Shown here: positions 43,901 through 51,317 of the stretch, piece by piece
Layout: each line of letters begins with the position of its first letter
Numbering within the stretch: the stretch's first letter is position 1
Source: Tubulanus polymorphus
Taxonomy: Eukaryota; Animalia; Nemertea
Direction of reading: 5' to 3'
Length of the DNA stretch: 64,000 nucleotides
NCBI RefSeq assembly: GCF_964204645.1
Contig: NC_134027.1
Location: forward strand, 5,860,485-5,924,484
Made by a program: the position numbers and the translations under genes
Notes under the pieces: model-generated
The model's input: the letters and a program-made list of their open reading frames with translations, nothing else
Databases searched by the model: none
Told to the model about the DNA's origin: nothing

Positions 43901-46611
43901 TCAACAGGTCGAGGAAACTCATCAACGACTGGAGCATCAGCGGGTCTAGCGGCCCCGGCATCAGGATAGTCTCCAGAACTTCGGTTTACGAGCTCAGCAG
44001 GCAACAAAGCTCTGTCTCCTAGGACCAAACTCTCGGAGCTACGACTCCGCGTCACACTTCGAGACATCCCTCGAGTTTCACGACGACTCATAATTGCGTT
44101 AATAGTATTTCCGGACTATACGAAAACCTATCGTATTAGATAAGAGAAACTAGAGTCATTTCACGCGTCACGCAATTTGTATGTATTTTAGTATAACTAA
44201 CTAATGCGCCTAATGTTTAAGTGTTATTATATATGGTAATCACTGTCATGGGAAGGGTAAGAGAACCAAAAAAAAATAGTGAATTTAAAAAAAAAAAGTC
44301 TCTGAAAGCAATCCATCCCACCGCTGCCACCAATTTGTAGCCGGTACGCGTCCGCGATTTAGTGTCATCCTCTGGTAGCGACCGATAGGTGTCGTGATCT
44401 TCAGGTCTCCTCAATAAGCGTGGCTACAGGGTCCGCCTTGGTCCTGTAGTCCCGGGGAGTGGAACTACAAAGGGGAAATCCTCAGAAAGTTTCCGCCGAA
44501 GGGATGGACAGCTTCAGAGACAAAAAGTTTATAGTTCGTAAAAAAGGAATAGGAGAGAAGGAAGCGAGTGTCAGAGGTAAGTCTTAGCTATTGACCCAAT
44601 TACACGGACCAGACAGGACAGGTGTCCGCCATGAGGTCTATCGAGTCAGGGCCCTTGACTCGATGTCGGAACCTCACAGTCACCCGAGCTCCGGCGCATC
44701 TTTTCCTCAGGTCCTCGAGGTGTAACATCATATCGAGTGCCTCCCTGCACGATCTCCTCCTCCTGGCGTAGTATCTTGCCCCCATCTATGTGTCTAAAGA
44801 CACCCCGACACTCGCCACTTCATTAAGAATAAGATTTATAAACCTGGCCTCAAGAAAGTGGATCCTACTTCGTCCAGAAGCCACCCCCCACGACAGTGAT
44901 AAGTCTTGTATTGAATAATATAGAAAATTATTATTTCAGAAACGGATAACTACTGTATAATTTATATACATATTTACATATTGCACGTGAAGTTTTTATC
45001 ACAATAATTGAATTGTACACCTCATTCAAATAAAAAAAAAGGTTAAATAAATTGTTTCAAAATAAATCATAATCTATCTTAGTTATAAATTATTTATAAT
45101 CTATAAAAGGGCTAGTGCAAGGATCTCTCCTTCCTTGCAAAAATCCACGATTAATGACTCAATGGTCGCTAAATTTAGGCCCACGAAGACCCAAAATAAT
45201 GCTCATGCCATGGCATAAAAGTAAAAAGGTAAAAGGAAAAAGCCGCCAGGTTGACTATTCCCGATGGATTAAAAATAGGTACATATCGTCGAGTTGACTA
45301 ACGTCAGAGCCCGGCCTGACCTGGGTTGCCCCAGGCCAGGAGAGCGCGTGTTATTGTTTACCTCAAATCAATGTGGGTCGAGACGAGAGTGACGTTTGCG
45401 CGCGCTGACCCATTTTTATAGATTCCGCGCAGTGTGACGTCACCGTGCATGGAGGATGACGTCACACAGCACAAAAACATGGCCGCCGAGCAAAAGCTCC
45501 GAGTTTAAAAGTTTAGACGACTGTACAAATAGTAAATCGGGATCTTACATAGTAGAATAAGGTGAGAGCGAAAAGTGATCAACCTAAAGTTTTGATTATT
45601 AAAAGCTGAAATTAATTATACTACTATATGCAGAGAAAATGAGGTGCACAGAATGTGAAATGAAAGGGGCGAGCTAATTATCGCCCAAAAACATTCCATT
45701 TAAAAAAAATGAGGAGGGCTCCGTAGCGGAAAAACAAACTATACATTAACGACAACATTTTAAACTATTTAACAGGAATTTCCGCTACACTTGAGAAAAA
45801 ACCCAAAGTCTATTTGCACAACATTTCTAAGAATGAGTAAAAGTAAATGTCGGTTTAGAAAAAAGATGGAATAGGTTTAATAAAACCTTGTTACAACATG
45901 TATCTTTTGAAATTAAGTCTGCCTATTACCTGCTTTGACGAATCTGAAATATGTTGTTCAACTTCTTTTTTAGCTGCCAGCAGCAAGTCCTACAAATGAT
46001 GTAATTTCCAAGGTTTAGTAATTTATTTGAAAAAGTGTCAGCACACTGCCGCTAGTTACACACGATCTCAACTGAAGAAGTAAAGGGCAGTGGCTATGCA
46101 TGGGACCGAGGAGGGATATAAAAGGCTATCAACGCGAACAAAATCATGGCAACTTCGAAGAATGGCATGTCAAAAAAGAAAAATTGGCAAATTCTTTTCT
46201 ACTTGAGGCACCTTAGACATTTAGTAAATATTACCATTTTGCGAGCAAATATTGTGACACATGCTCCACGTTTTACAGTTTCTATGGCAATCGCTTTTCC
46301 AATTCCACTGGAACCGCCTGTAATCTATGAAAATATACCAAACACAGCCATTAAAATTTCACTGACGAATAGCCTAAAGTACGTAGGCCTAGGCCTGCTA
46401 TTTTAAGAATTAGATTTCATTTGAATTGAATTGTATTTAAAAACATCAACGCAAATCATTGTTTTAATATCCATCTGTACAACTAAAAACATACCAGGAC
46501 ATGCGAGCCGAGTAGATTCAACTGCTTGGGCCCCAGAAGAGGCGATAAAAGCCCCAATAGAGCTAACACGAGAATAAAACAGCCTAAACAAACGATAATT
46601 TCGAAAAACAT
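34974..46611 (-). CDS. KDSR: 3-ketodihydrosphingosine reductase (FVT1/TSC10 family SDR), 10 exons, about 335 aa; intron 3 contains an LTR retrotransposon
   Basis: Exons 46611-46495, 46324-46235, 45989-45930, 36576-36511, 36427-36332, 36184-35993, 35694-35611, 35522-35439, 35289-35188, 35090-34974. All are phase 0 and GT-AG, 1008 nt in total. Hydrophobic N-terminal anchor, Rossmann [34 protein letters not shown] (YxxxK), [19 protein letters not shown]-terminal KSKND (KxKxx ER-retrieval type). Confidence 0.95.
35781..35926. mobile_element. MITE-like element in KDSR intron 6
   Basis: Left CAGGGGCGGATCTAGG versus right CCTAAATCTGCCTCTG (reverse complement CAGAGGCAGATTTAGG, 13/16). Same terminal type as 21980-22131. 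Confidence 0.6.
36758..38211 (-). repeat. 3' LTR (1454 bp)
   Basis: Direct repeat of 44336-45789 at a constant offset of 7578, which the duplicated ORF-track entries 37022/44600 and 37537/45115 also show. TG...CA termini. Confidence 0.98.
38212..38226 (-). other. Polypurine tract (plus-strand primer site)
   Basis: The minus strand reads GCTGGTGGGGGGCTG immediately before the TGT start of the 3' LTR. Confidence 0.75.
38353..39201 (-). CDS. Retrotransposon ORF3: zinc-finger protein with acidic segment (282 aa from MKTNAM), not env
   Basis: Open frame between pol and the PPT. It has C-x2-C-x12-H-x4-C ([22 protein letters not shown]), a second degenerate finger C-x2-R-x12-H-x4-H, an acidic-hydrophobic tract and a C-terminal HxH...CxxC. 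ATG 39201 is preceded by branch point CTAAT, a polypyrimidine tract and CAG. No signal peptide or transmembrane helix from this start. Confidence 0.8.
   Translation of the reverse strand: MKTNAMKENRRPANWYCKYCKRKFSANYNKKRHLEFYCAPYKSRAGSSPFIFKRFYRCMTRGEGAEDREEVKAHIETKHYKIFKDNGSKYLGLIKLLEESESKPVLKSAVSKINTDPAPAAVKSTTKDEENFADMPILTLDDMDIEFAKLFDDLDDVIPEPADSVPITKPSVNEDHVSRTVLISKRKPVEPVAINNQIPIPSDSASSVSTDMPTANDAWKLIPLDNSTTAPSDPRVPIRVIHRHELWGGTISIEGRPGDRFDCKFCTIQEEMKDRMIEKLCA
39251..43051 (-). CDS. pol: Pol polyprotein (aspartic protease, reverse transcriptase, RNase H, integrase), probably made by -1 frameshift from gag
   Basis: LVDTGA protease; [25 protein letters not shown] reverse transcriptase; ILDTDAS, RELLA, TDH RNase H; H-x6-H...C-x2-C, MDILGP, HSDQG, NGMIER integrase. 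Uninterrupted 1278-codon frame that overlaps the gag end. Confidence 0.97.
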   Translation of the reverse strand, partial: GKLDTVTPEREGVTPGQTHPHLPIEFNQPGKIKVLSYENALPESIHLSARILGRDTKYLVDTGAHFTVWSKKLFSEISEKKKLTLRDTKYNLYTADNSSLDVAGTARVPLGLFSSNIMWDVIVADITDDAILGMDFLVAYDCHIHPGTGTVTCRGNQAFSNPTGHLEQNSTYVRNYEKLVLPPNSEVVVSGHVKTALPPGQWGLIESSNNWRLGPEVLVAKEVVNINSSHIPVRMVNLSSHPKIIHKGTPLGVIGQISKIYTETSTSKTSNSNDQLPEFLQDLYHRSCEGLSTDECHDVKQLLSEFSDVFASSNLDLGEASETSHVIDVGNAVPTKQRFRRLPLATQEEVNKLVDDMLKARVIEESDSPWCSSIVVVRKPDNTIRLCLDYRDVNAVTKADSYPLPIINDTIRSLADVKYLSTLDLASGYWQVKVHENSKEKTAFVVGGKGLYQFRKMPMGLKNSGATFQRLMEKVFRSLIPEIALVYLDDVIVHAGSFLGMMTNLRTVFKCLRQAGLKLKPKKCELFRTSVNFLGHHISADGISCSESKIEIIQNWPTPKNVTETRSFLGLASYYRSFCQGFAETAKPLHRLTEKGREFRWDVQCEEAFRELKSILTHSPVLAFPDPRLPFILDTDASAFAIGGVVSQVQEGKERIIACASRCLTKAERNYCVTRRELLAVVAFVKQFKYYLADKKFTIRTDHSSLRWLMSFKEPEGQVARWISLLSAYQFDIVHRPGRSHGNADALSRMPCRQCERIEGICSEKQTPISVRKRAVKKMTIHNDKPYSYSEFLPSSEWSLENMKLEQGKERDLKWVLAHIRDDERPGWHQVSSQGVACKFYWTHWNDLKMIEGLLHIIKRREGYPDSTLLILPEKFRKQVLDHIHSSAVGGHFGVKKTLFLVHDRFFWHGIGDDVKCFCRGCDKCASKKSSSRLKAPMNNYLVGQPMERVSMDILGPLPETYDGNIYILVIGDYFTKWIEAYAIPNQEAVTCARILVDEFITRFGVPRIIHSDQGRNFQSKLMAEVCELLQIHKTRSTAFRPQSNGMIERNNRTLLMCLSFKVEENQMDWDQHLPYVTMAYRATIHDATGFSPNRLMLGREIDLPIDVITGGPRCEIPVISSQYVIEMKHRLSESFHEVRIQTHKRAERNKTQYNVKSKPHTFAIDSRVWLYTPSTMPGRTKKLSCLWSGPCTILENFNDVIFRVRLPSGKEKCVHSDRLKEYLVTNDVFSRGNDVSPSDDPNLNCQPYQTRTGRPIRPPKRMGWD
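43042..44091 (-). CDS. gag: Gag polyprotein (349 aa) with CCHC zinc knuckle
   Basis: Retrotransposon capsid-like [14 protein letters not shown]...[10 protein letters not shown]...LRGAA and nucleocapsid knuckle [14 protein letters not shown]. It is the first long ORF after the PBS. Confidence 0.95.
   Translation of the reverse strand: MSRRETRGMSRSVTRSRSSESLVLGDRALLPAELVNRSSGDYPDAGAARPADAPVVDEFPRPVEVNRSRSSHTDVSGQVSRILTCKIKPECYNGDEPWNDYFLTFETVSRLNGWDSPTKADMLFSHLRGAARQLACNLMGDKITNYFQLCAALESRFGPSHRAEIHLAELRSRRRKRGESLRELGQTIISMGRLAYPDLTPKQRERLCRNHFIEALPEVETRVLMYQKDTCSYDALVNYALELESIHAMENNRHHENVRSQINAVTSTPVANSDDSRAIQQLTDAVTRLAADVRAIKTQNPTSAENRRCFNCDQQGHIRVNCPHLGGRRQAPNRPWEQSKSSYTKKQGN
44315..44332 (-). 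other. Primer binding site complementary to tRNA-Leu 3' end
   Basis: Minus strand TGGTGGCAGCGGTGGGAT lies 3 nt after the 5' LTR. Its complement ATCCCACCGCTGCCA-CCA matches the 3' end of metazoan tRNA-Leu(AAG/TAG) as recalled. Confidence 0.88.
44336..45789 (-). repeat. 5' LTR (1454 bp)
   Basis: Direct repeat of 36758-38211, followed on the minus strand by the PBS and gag. Confidence 0.98.
45387..45487 (-). promoter_or_regulatory. Predicted LTR (U3) Pol II promoter: YY1-like motif, two CRE palindromes, TATA and Inr
   Basis: Minus strand TATAAAAA starts at 45420 and an Inr-like TCACTC has its A at 45390, exactly 30 nt downstream. TGACGTCA occurs at 45435-45442 and 45457-45464. AAAACATGGCCGCC occurs at 45474-45487. 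The same set is in the 3' LTR (subtract 7578). Confidence 0.65.
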
Positions 46612-46947
46612 CTTAGATTTTTATCATGATTGATTCCTGACCGTCAGGTGGCGACATCTATAGATGGAGAAACACAACAGAAACGAAAAGTGGTTTCAAA
46701 CTCATTTAAAATAGTTTCATCATCACTTAGCTCTGACATCGCAGGAATAATAAATCTTAAGTGAAATAATATTTTTTTACGAAAGCGAAAGGAATTAATG
46801 CATAAGGCCTACTCGCATGCCATAGTAGGATTATCACTGTGCGCGCTAACTTAACCGTTAAGTGCTGCCCCCAATGCGTCGCGGTTGACGATAACATGCC
46901 ACAGTAGGACTGATTACGTATAATTATAGAAAATTATGTTTGCCAAC

Positions 46948-47514
46948 AACTTCACAAATCGCCGCGATTTCTCCAAATTACGCCTTGGGTCCCACCATCT
47001 CCGTAGTGAAACTGGATGACATCACAAACCTCCGATACCGGTTCCCGGTAGGATCTGTCAATTTTGCTCAGATCAATCTGTTGACGATGAACTGCATTTT
47101 CTGATCGACTTCACATACTCCGACAGTGCCAGGTCTGATATTAACACGTATTTGGATACTTTTACCGATTTCAGGACCCTGTCTCACACTGATAAGTTCG
47201 CTTTTCTGATGTCTTGCAAATAACAACGATCCAGAAATCTCTACAATTGTGTGCGACTTGGTTAATAAATTGGGTTAAGCTAAGACTCGACTCCGTTTCG
47301 TAGTAATTCCTCAGCTTTGAGACTGAGGGCGCTTTTCTCGATTGTTCACTTTATTAATTATTTCTTGTATAAGCTTTTGTTTTTATGCTACACGTACTAT
47401 GTACTCTATATTAAATGTCATTCTTCAATGTTTTGTCCTGTAAATTTATTGCATGTCTTATCCTATGTATAAATGTTATACACGGCGCAATAAATATAAG
47501 TTCAAGTTCAAGTT
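46948..47514 (+). mobile_element. Degenerate 3' fragment of a non-LTR retrotransposon (LINE; RTE-X/CR1-group-like ORF2 C-terminus)
   Basis: Translates NFTNRRDFSKLRLGSHHLRSETG*HHKPPIPVPGRICQFCSDQSVDDELHFLID, matching the LINE ORF2 terminal pattern R..S.H.L..ETGR...R.C..C...DE.HFL..C, with an in-frame TGA at 47017. It ends in AATAAA followed by an (AAGTTC)n tail. Confidence 0.75.
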
Positions 47515-48336
47515 ATCCGGATCAGTTCAAATGTTTACCGCTAATGATATAGCAAGGGACAGCACCTTACGGTCCGGATCTGACCACTTACTACGGGCTT
47601 AAATATCTTTGCGAACGGCAATTACTCTGCCAGGCTTTCAAAGTTTAGGCCTATTTTCTTTTCGACACTCCACGGCAGAGCCCCTTCGTCAATTCCACCC
47701 AGCTTTTTTTTCCCTTTACAGTCGGCTTTTTAGGTCATGGGGTTTTATTTGTGAGGTCGGGATTATCTTTGGGCTTTTTTATTGTGGTTTATTTGTAGTT
47801 AGAAATTATGGTTAGGGGGTGGTGGGAGTGTGGCCGGTTTCATTGGCGACCCTGACTAGGGCTGTCGAGGCTTCCCATCCGCACCGCGGCGGAGCTGAGA
47901 CCGCACTGACCATTGTAAATGTGAATGTGCAATGCGCGTGACGATTCAAAGTAAAAAGCTCAACAAAAGGCAAACTCAACGGGGGAATTTGAGCAGTACG
48001 TGCCCGAACCGTCACAGCACTGACGTACATAAGGCTGCCGTGATATGACTGTGTATGTGTATTCACCTAATGGTCAACATTGTAGGAAGTTTTATATCGC
48101 GTAAGTGGTTTATTAAAGGAGTCTAGTGTTTACGTCACACATATAAACTTGGTGAAAACTAATCTAACAAAATTCATCGTGATTCCAGATTCTCTTTCAA
48201 GGGAATTTCACTTTGAGAAAACTACCCGACTAGATTTTTCTGGTTTTTTTTCCACCACGTTTGATACGATATGGCGTAACAAACGTCGCTTAATTCACTG
48301 TGTTTTGTTTTTCGAATTCATTTTCAGTGTTATAAG

Positions 48337-49632
48337 ATGGTACTACTATCATTGTATGTGAATAGGAAACGTTTTCTCCTGCTGATGGTGTTGTGTATGA
48401 TAACTGTGTCGTTTCACCGGTGGTTAAACCGTAGAGGAAATAATCCGATCACCAGAGAGAATGAAAAAGAGCACGCGTTAAAACCTCCTTTTATGATACC
48501 TAAACTTGTCTATAAAAATGACATGGGACTTACCGTCGAAACGATGGACTTATCAAAGTGGGCTAGATGTAGACAGGTAAATATGGACCACGGCGTGGAT
48601 TATACGAAAGATTGTTTTTCTGATGCTTTATACTAGAACTGTAAAGACGAGAGAAAATTACAAAACGACCAACACACATATTTCATAATTCTAAATTGTT
48701 TGAATTGTAATCGTGTCGTTTTTAAAGTTTTTACTTTAGGTTTCATGATTTGTACTTTCGTTACATAATAGGTCCCAAAACGTATACACCAAACGTGGAA
48801 AGATGACCACATTCCTGGACGCCTAATCGAGTACGTAAAATCGTGGAGAAAGCATCACCCTGACTGGGAATATTGGTTTTGGACGGACAAAGCATCCGAA
48901 GAATTTATGCGCAAACGATTTCCGAAACATAGTGCAATGTATCTCAATTATACGCGAAACATTCACAGGGCAGACGCGATACGATATTTCATATTGTATG
49001 AATTCGGCGGGATATATGCCGATCTCGATGTGATCGCGCTCAGACCCTGGGATAATCTTGCCCAGTCTCACAGTGTACTTATTCCCGAGGACCACGAAGT
49101 GCACTCTACGTTACATTTCAACACGAAGGCGTTTCCGTTGAACGCGATTATGATGTCGTCACCCGGTCATCCTTTTTTCGAGCGTGTTGTGCGCGAGCTT
49201 CCTAACTATCGTAACCGCAGCAGAGCTGTAAACATATTATGGAAAACTGGCTCTTTCATGTTGAACGACGTTTTAAAGCGTTACCAGGAAATAACATCAA
49301 ACCCAGTGCCGATATGTGACGCCGTATACATCCCGTCGCATCACAACTTTGTACCTACGTTTTCAATTAATAATCTACTGACGTTTAAAAGGATGTGCAC
49401 TCATAAAAACCTAAATTCCCAAAGAAGCAAGCTGTGTGCAAATTTGCATAGACAGAATTTTACAAATCTACCGATTCCCATGTCAGCCTACTCGAATCAC
49501 ATGTTCGTGCATACCTATATGAACTTCAAAAGTCTCCAAAAGAAACCAGTCCACATCAAATCAGTAATAAGCGATTACATAGATGCTAGAAGTATGTACT
49601 CGAGATTGACTGGTCCTAATCTTAAGGTTTAA
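48337..49632 (+). CDS. Glycosyltransferase family 32 (DxD; SUR1/CSH1/OCH1-like), type II membrane protein, 2 coding exons (48337-48576, 48772-49632), about 366 aa
   Basis: N-terminal KR plus hydrophobic FLLLMVLCMITVSF anchor. Donor CAG|GTAAAT and acceptor ATAG|GTC give VPKRIHQTWK...WRKHHPDWEYWFWTD...IHRADAIRYFILYEFGGIYADLD...NAIMMSSPGHPFF...TG. A probable non-coding exon ends at 48100 (GTAAGT), with acceptor TTTTCAG at 48327. Confidence 0.88.
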
Positions 49633-50117
49633 AAGTTGTTGTTTTGTGGTATTACTTGGCAATACCTAAGTTATCATCGTCAGTTCGATAAAATTTGATT
49701 GAATGCACTCATGGGGTCGATGATATGCTTGGTAATTTGTTACTTGTTTGAATCTAATGAAAATATGTTTTCTAGCAAGATTGTAAAATGGATAGACAAT
49801 GTTTGAATGAACGTAAACGTAGCAGAAACGGTCGATTTCCTCGGTAACTGTATCTATAATCCATTTGCAATACATCCATACAAACGACTAAACGAATATT
49901 ACCATATCAAATATTGAACCTCCGAATTATTTTTCATGTATCTAATCAGTTAGATTAGGAGAAGACCGAAAAACAATATAGCGAGAAATGCCATGGTATG
50001 TTGGACAATAGAAAATTCTTTATTATCATAGAACAACACGTCTTACATACATGTTCAGACCATTAGATCTGACCCTTGGTGATTAACACACGAATTATTT
50101 CTCACAATTACGAACAT

Positions 50118-50158
50118 GAGAAGGAGAGAGAGAGAGAGAGCGGGCGTGAGACGAGAGA
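50118..50158. repeat. (GA)n microsatellite
   Basis: GAGAAGGAGAGAGAGAGAGAGAG...GAGACGAGAGAG. Confidence 0.7.
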
Positions 50159-50458
50159 GTAAATACCTTATCATTCAGTTTTTATTAAAATGCCCGATCG
50201 AAAAGTTGCTGGCAATGACTGTGGGCGGAGAAAGACAAATCGAATTCACGAATCATTCACTCGGTTTTTTACTTTGATATTTACATATCACATAATATTG
50301 ACCACACAAAATCAAATTATGAGCGATGACTCATTCTCGTATAGTTGTTGATTTCCAGATGTGCAATCCATCAAAGTAATTACATCTTAAGCCTAGCGCA
50401 CACATCAAGAAGAAACCTGAAAATGCATTTCGATGTTTAGTTCTCCCATTGATTCTAA

Positions 50459-50666
50459 AGCTGGGTGCAGGTCGACCTACACGAATACCAGTGACGCACG
50501 TCATTCCTGTGGTGACACAGCGCGGTCTCTCCCAGTCGCAACCGACATGCTGCTCCTAGGACTGACAAGGACCAGTTGCACACTGTCGCTAGCGATCGCG
50601 TGGCAGTCAACACTTTAGTCACCCATTTGCGACCACCAGCAGACACGAGTCGACCTACGCCCAGCT
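50459..50666. mobile_element. PIF/Harbinger (Tourist-like) MITE, 208 bp
   Basis: TIRs AGCTGGGTGCAGGTCGAC and GTCGACCTACGCCCAGCT (16/18). Flanked by TAA on both sides (50456-50458, 50667-50669), the target duplication typical of PIF/Harbinger. Confidence 0.75.
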
Positions 50667-51317
50667 TAAAGAATCACGAATAAGTCCGCATTCACCCCGA
50701 TATATGTGCGTAACTTTTTGCTTGTTTTGTGACTGTTTCGCCAAGGTGAGCTAAGTTTCGTAAGGTATCGCACGCAGTCAAAAACAAGTAAAAACCCCGT
50801 ATTCGTTAATTGTGTTTTGTGCGCACGCTAGGCTATTACACGGCTCATATTCCATGATTATGAACTGATCCACGTTAAGAAACTCTTACTGGAGGAAAAA
50901 GCAAATATGGTCGAAGCCGACAAAAATTGATTTACATTGAATCCTGTGATTTGTGGAATGTTTGACATTACATGCACATGTCATTCTTTATGGAACATCT
51001 TTTTCAGTTCTGCATTATGCACTGTTCGTGGTCTCTTTGTTCAGGGATGTAATTGATGAAACAATTTCAAAGATCGCCTGTTGTGGACACGAGGCTTACA
51101 CGTCACCTTGGGTGAAATAAGGCCGTTGAATTCAAACGCGTTAATTGTCATTACGTATAAAATCTCAAGTAAGCACTTGCTTGAGATGAGAAATATACGT
51201 ATGATGTAGTTGAGATTGGCTTCATACCAATACATGAGTTGGAAAACCGATTTCAGTTTCTTAATGAAATGGATTGAAAGTGATTGTCGGAAATGATCAA
51301 ATTGAACTTTCACTTTT

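Larger units (their letters stand above)
36758..45789 (-). mobile_element. Full-length Ty3/Gypsy LTR retrotransposon (9032 bp) with gag, pol and an extra ORF3
   Basis: Two 1454-bp direct repeats bounded by TGTAGC...GCTACA. A 4-bp target-site duplication CTTG lies at 36754-36757 and 45790-45793. PBS, PPT, intact gag and pol are present, with domain order PR-RT-RH-IN. Confidence 0.98.
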
